Notes under the pieces: generated by a model
What the model saw: only the letters and a program-made list of their open reading frames with translations
What the model was told of the DNA's origin: nothing
The model's database searches: none
DNA from: Haliotis rubra
Taxonomy: Eukaryota
NCBI RefSeq assembly: GCF_003918875.1
Contig: NW_025767265.1
Coordinates: 124,001 to 188,000, forward strand
DNA length: 64,000 nucleotides
Direction of reading: 5' to 3'
Translations under genes and position numbers: made by a program
Shown: in pieces, positions 60,366 to 64,000 of the stretch
Position numbering within the stretch: position 1 is the first letter of the stretch
Layout: every line of letters begins with the position of its first letter

Positions 60366-62996
60366 GATTTGGGCAGAGACTGGTATATGGGCTCTGATTG
60401 GGGCAGAGACAGGTATATGGGCTCTGATTGGTGTAGAGACCGGTATATGGGCTCTGATTGGTGTAGAGACCGGGATATGGGCTCTGATTGGTACTGGTAT
60501 ATGGCTCTGATTGGGGTAGAGACCGGTATATGGGCTCTGATTGGTGTAGAGACTGGTATATGGGCTCTGATTGGTGTAGAGACTGGTATATGGGCTCTGA
60601 TTGGTGTAGAGACTGGTATATGGGCTCTGATTGGGGTAGAGACAGGTATATGGGCTCTGATTGGTGTAGAGACTGGTATATGGGCTCTGATTGGTGTAGA
60701 GACTGGTATATGGGCTCTGATTGGTGTAGAGACTGGTATATGGGCTCTGATTGGTGTAGAGACTGGTATATGGGCTCTGATTGGTGTAGAGACCGGGATA
60801 TGGGCTCTGATTGGGGTAGAGACTGGTATATGGGCTCTGATTGGGGTAGAGACTGGTATATGGGCTCTGATTGGTGTAGAGACTGGTATATGGGCTCTGA
60901 TTGGTGTAGAGACTGGTATATGGGCTCTGATTGGTGTAGAGACTGGTATATGGGCTCTGATTGGTGGCTCTAGAGACTGGTATATGGGCTCTGATTGGGG
61001 TAGAGACTGGTATATGGGCTCTGATTGAGTATATGGGCTCTGATTGGTGTAGAGACTGGTATATATGGGCTCTGATTGGTGTAGAGGCTATGGGCTCTGA
61101 TTGGGGTAGAGACTGGTATATGGGCTCTGATTGGTGTAGATGGGTATATGATTGGTGTAGAGACTGGTATATGGGCTCTGGATTGGGTGATTGGTGTAGA
61201 GACTGGTATATGGGCTCTGATTGGTGTAGAGACTGGTATATGGGCTCTGATTGGTGTAGAGACTGGTATATGGGCTCTGATTGGGGTAGAGACTATGGGT
61301 ATATATGGGCTCTGATTGGTGTAGAGACTGGTATATGGGGCTCTGATTGGTGTAGTAGAGACTGGTATATGGGCTCTGATTGGTGTAGAGACTGGTATAT
61401 GGGCTCTGTATATGGGCTCTTGGGTGTAGAGACTGGTATATGGGCTCTGATTGGTGTAGAGACTGGTATATGGGCTCTGATTGGGGTAGAGACTGGTATA
61501 TGGGCTCTATATATGGGCTCTGATTGGGGTAGAGACTGGTATATGGGCTCTGATTGGGGTAGAGACAGTATATGGGCTCTCTGATTGGGGTAGAGACTGG
61601 TATATGGGCTCTGATTGGTGTAGAGACTGGTATATGGGCTCTGATTGGTGGGGGCTATAATTGAGGGGCAGAGACTGGTATATGGGCTCTATTGGGGCAG
61701 AGACTGGTATATGGGCTGATTGGTATACTGGTATATGGGCTCTGATTGGTGTAGGCAGAGACTGGTATATGGGCTCTGATTGGTGTAGAGACTGGTATAT
61801 GGGCTCTGATTGGGGTAGAGACTGGTATATGGGCTCTGATTGGGGTGCAGAGACTGGTATATGGGCTCTGATTAGAGACTGGTATATGGGCTCTGATTGG
61901 GGTAGAGACTGGTATATGGGCTCTGATTGGTGTAGAGACAGGTATATGGGCTCTGATTGGGGTAGAGACTGGTATATGGGCTCTATGTAGAGACTCTATG
62001 GATCTGGGGTAGAGATTGGTGTAGAGACTGGTATATGGGCTCTGATTGGGGTAGAGACTGGTATATGGGCTCTGATTATATGGGGCTCTGAGAGACTGGT
62101 ATATGGGCTCTGATTGGGGTGAGAGACTGGTATATGGGCTCTGATTGGGGTAGAGATTGTAGAGACTGGTATATGGGCTCTGATTGGGTAGAGTAGAGAC
62201 TGGTATATGGGCTCTGATTGGTGTAGAGACTAGAGACTGGTATATGGGCTCTGATTGGGGCAGAGACTGGTATATATGGGCTCTGATTGGGCAGAGTAGA
62301 GACTGATTGGTGTGGTATATGGGCTCTGATTGGTGTAGAGACTGGGTATATGGGCTCTGATTGATTGGTGTAGAGACTGGTATATGGGCTCTGATTGGGC
62401 TCTGTAGAGACTGGTATATGGGCTCTGATTGGTGTAGAGGCTCTGATTGGTGTAGAGACTGGTATATATATGGGCTCTGATTGGATTACTGGGGCTCTGA
62501 TTGGTGTAGAGACTGATTGGTATATGGGCTCTGATTGGTGCCGGTATAGAGACTGGTATATGGGCTCTGATTGGGTATATGGGCTCTGATTGGGGTAGAG
62601 ACTGGTATATGGGCTCTGATTGGTGTAGAGACTGGTATATGGGCTCTGATTGGTGTAGAGACTGGTATATGGGCTCTGATTGGGGTAGAGAGTATATGGG
62701 CTCTGATTGGGTATATGGGCTCTGATTGGTGTAGAGACTGGTATATGGGCTCTGATTGGTGTAGAGACTGGTATATGGGCTCTGATTGGTGTAGAGACTG
62801 GTATATGGGCTCTGATTGGTGTAGAGACTGGTATATGGGCTCTGATTGGTGTAGAGACTGGTATATAGGCTCTGATTAGAGACTGGTATATAGAGACTGG
62901 TATATGGTGATATGGGCTCTGATTGGTGGGTGATTGGTGTAGAGACTGGTATATGGGCTCTGATTGGGGCAGAGACTGGTATATGGGCTCTGATTC
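60366..62996. repeat. 30-bp minisatellite, roughly 85-90 copies, irregular after ~60960
   Basis: Unit GATTGGTGTAGAGACTGGTATATGGGCTCT. Confidence 0.97.
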
Positions 62997-64000
62997 ATTC
63001 AAGACCATAGTTTCTATTTCATTAATGGTCAGTTTGCCACAATGCAGAACAGTTTTTCTTGAATGTTGCAGATTACATATGAGATAATTGAAAACATATA
63101 TCAAAGTGATTGAAATAACAATAATTGTTTTGAAGTGACTAGGGCTAGTTGATCAGTGGGACAGGACTGGTGGGACCTCTTGAACATACTGTTCATCTGC
63201 TGTTCAAACCTAAAGTTATATTTTTATCATGCGAAGGATTCCAAACAAGTGCCCATGAAAGACAAATTTATAAATATAAAGTTCAAATTAGAATTTGTGG
63301 AAGTTAATTTTTCTAGATTCAAATGTTATTTAACATTGCATTCAATGCAATAATGTAAATACTGGGAAATCAGTAACTACCATTTGGGATATTTTTGTGA
63401 TGTTTGCCTGAGAGCAGGTGCAGATTATGTCAGGTTCATCCGTCTGCCTTGGTGTTGCCTTGTCTTCACATACTGTCGTATTATAAAGCGGAGACTGAAT
63501 CTCGTCTCTATCATATCTGACATTATGAGTACTGTTTTATTTACATCATGTATATGCCTGTGTCATAATGCAAATAAAGATTTTATCTGGAAAATTTGTC
63601 TGTCTACATGAAAAATAATCGTGGCTGTGAATTTGTAATTACGGTGTCTTTCTTTGAAGATGAAAGCTTTTCAACAGATCAAGATGTCAGGCAGAATGTA
63701 TGGAGTTGTTTTTCACATGCCTTCAGAATGGATTACTTTATTTATTTTATTGAGAGAGGGATTTTCAAAGAATTGTATTAAATTTCTCTAATCCAGCTTG
63801 TTCATTTGCAAACCAGATTTCATTTGATCCTTCGTGGAGGTCATTGCATTTGCTGATATTGATGTATGAATTAATTACAGTGTCAATATTCATGTCCATT
63901 TATGATTATTGACACTACATTAATGATTTACTGCCACAGAAATATTTACATTTGTCGACAATGATGCTTGATATACAAAGAGAAGGCAGAAAATTCACAT

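Noticed and set aside
60369-63104. ORFs with MGSDWCRDWY / WALIGVETGI repeats
   Set aside because: Translations of the 30-bp minisatellite.

Overview
AT-rich animal genomic DNA, probably a mollusc. The SINE/Nimb-LINE/Tc1 repertoire resembles gastropods such as abalone; that is an inference. The host genes are a minus-strand cluster of UDP-glycosyltransferases with uninterrupted coding regions and a plus-strand, divergent TMEM45/DUF716 gene. The UGT cluster has two intact copies, one running off the window edge, one double-frameshifted copy and a 13-codon remnant of a deleted copy. The rest is mostly repeats: several dead Tc1/mariner elements, a Nimb/I-clade LINE split by ~8.8 kb of other sequence, Penelope-like fragments, tRNA-derived SINEs, MITEs and tandem arrays with 86, 83, 53, 30 and 21 bp units. 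The most unusual object is 7623-11139. It is a GC/CpG-rich element of ~2.0 kb once a nested Tc1 is removed, with 69-bp terminal inverted repeats starting AGTAGT (Polinton/Maverick-type ends) and a near-matching 5-bp target duplication. It has no recognisable transposase or polymerase. It carries an intact 334-aa Cys-rich ORF of unknown family, facing a decayed ORF tail-to-tail. It is a candidate non-autonomous satellite or segment of a Polinton-like virus. All calls are by eye; no searches were run.
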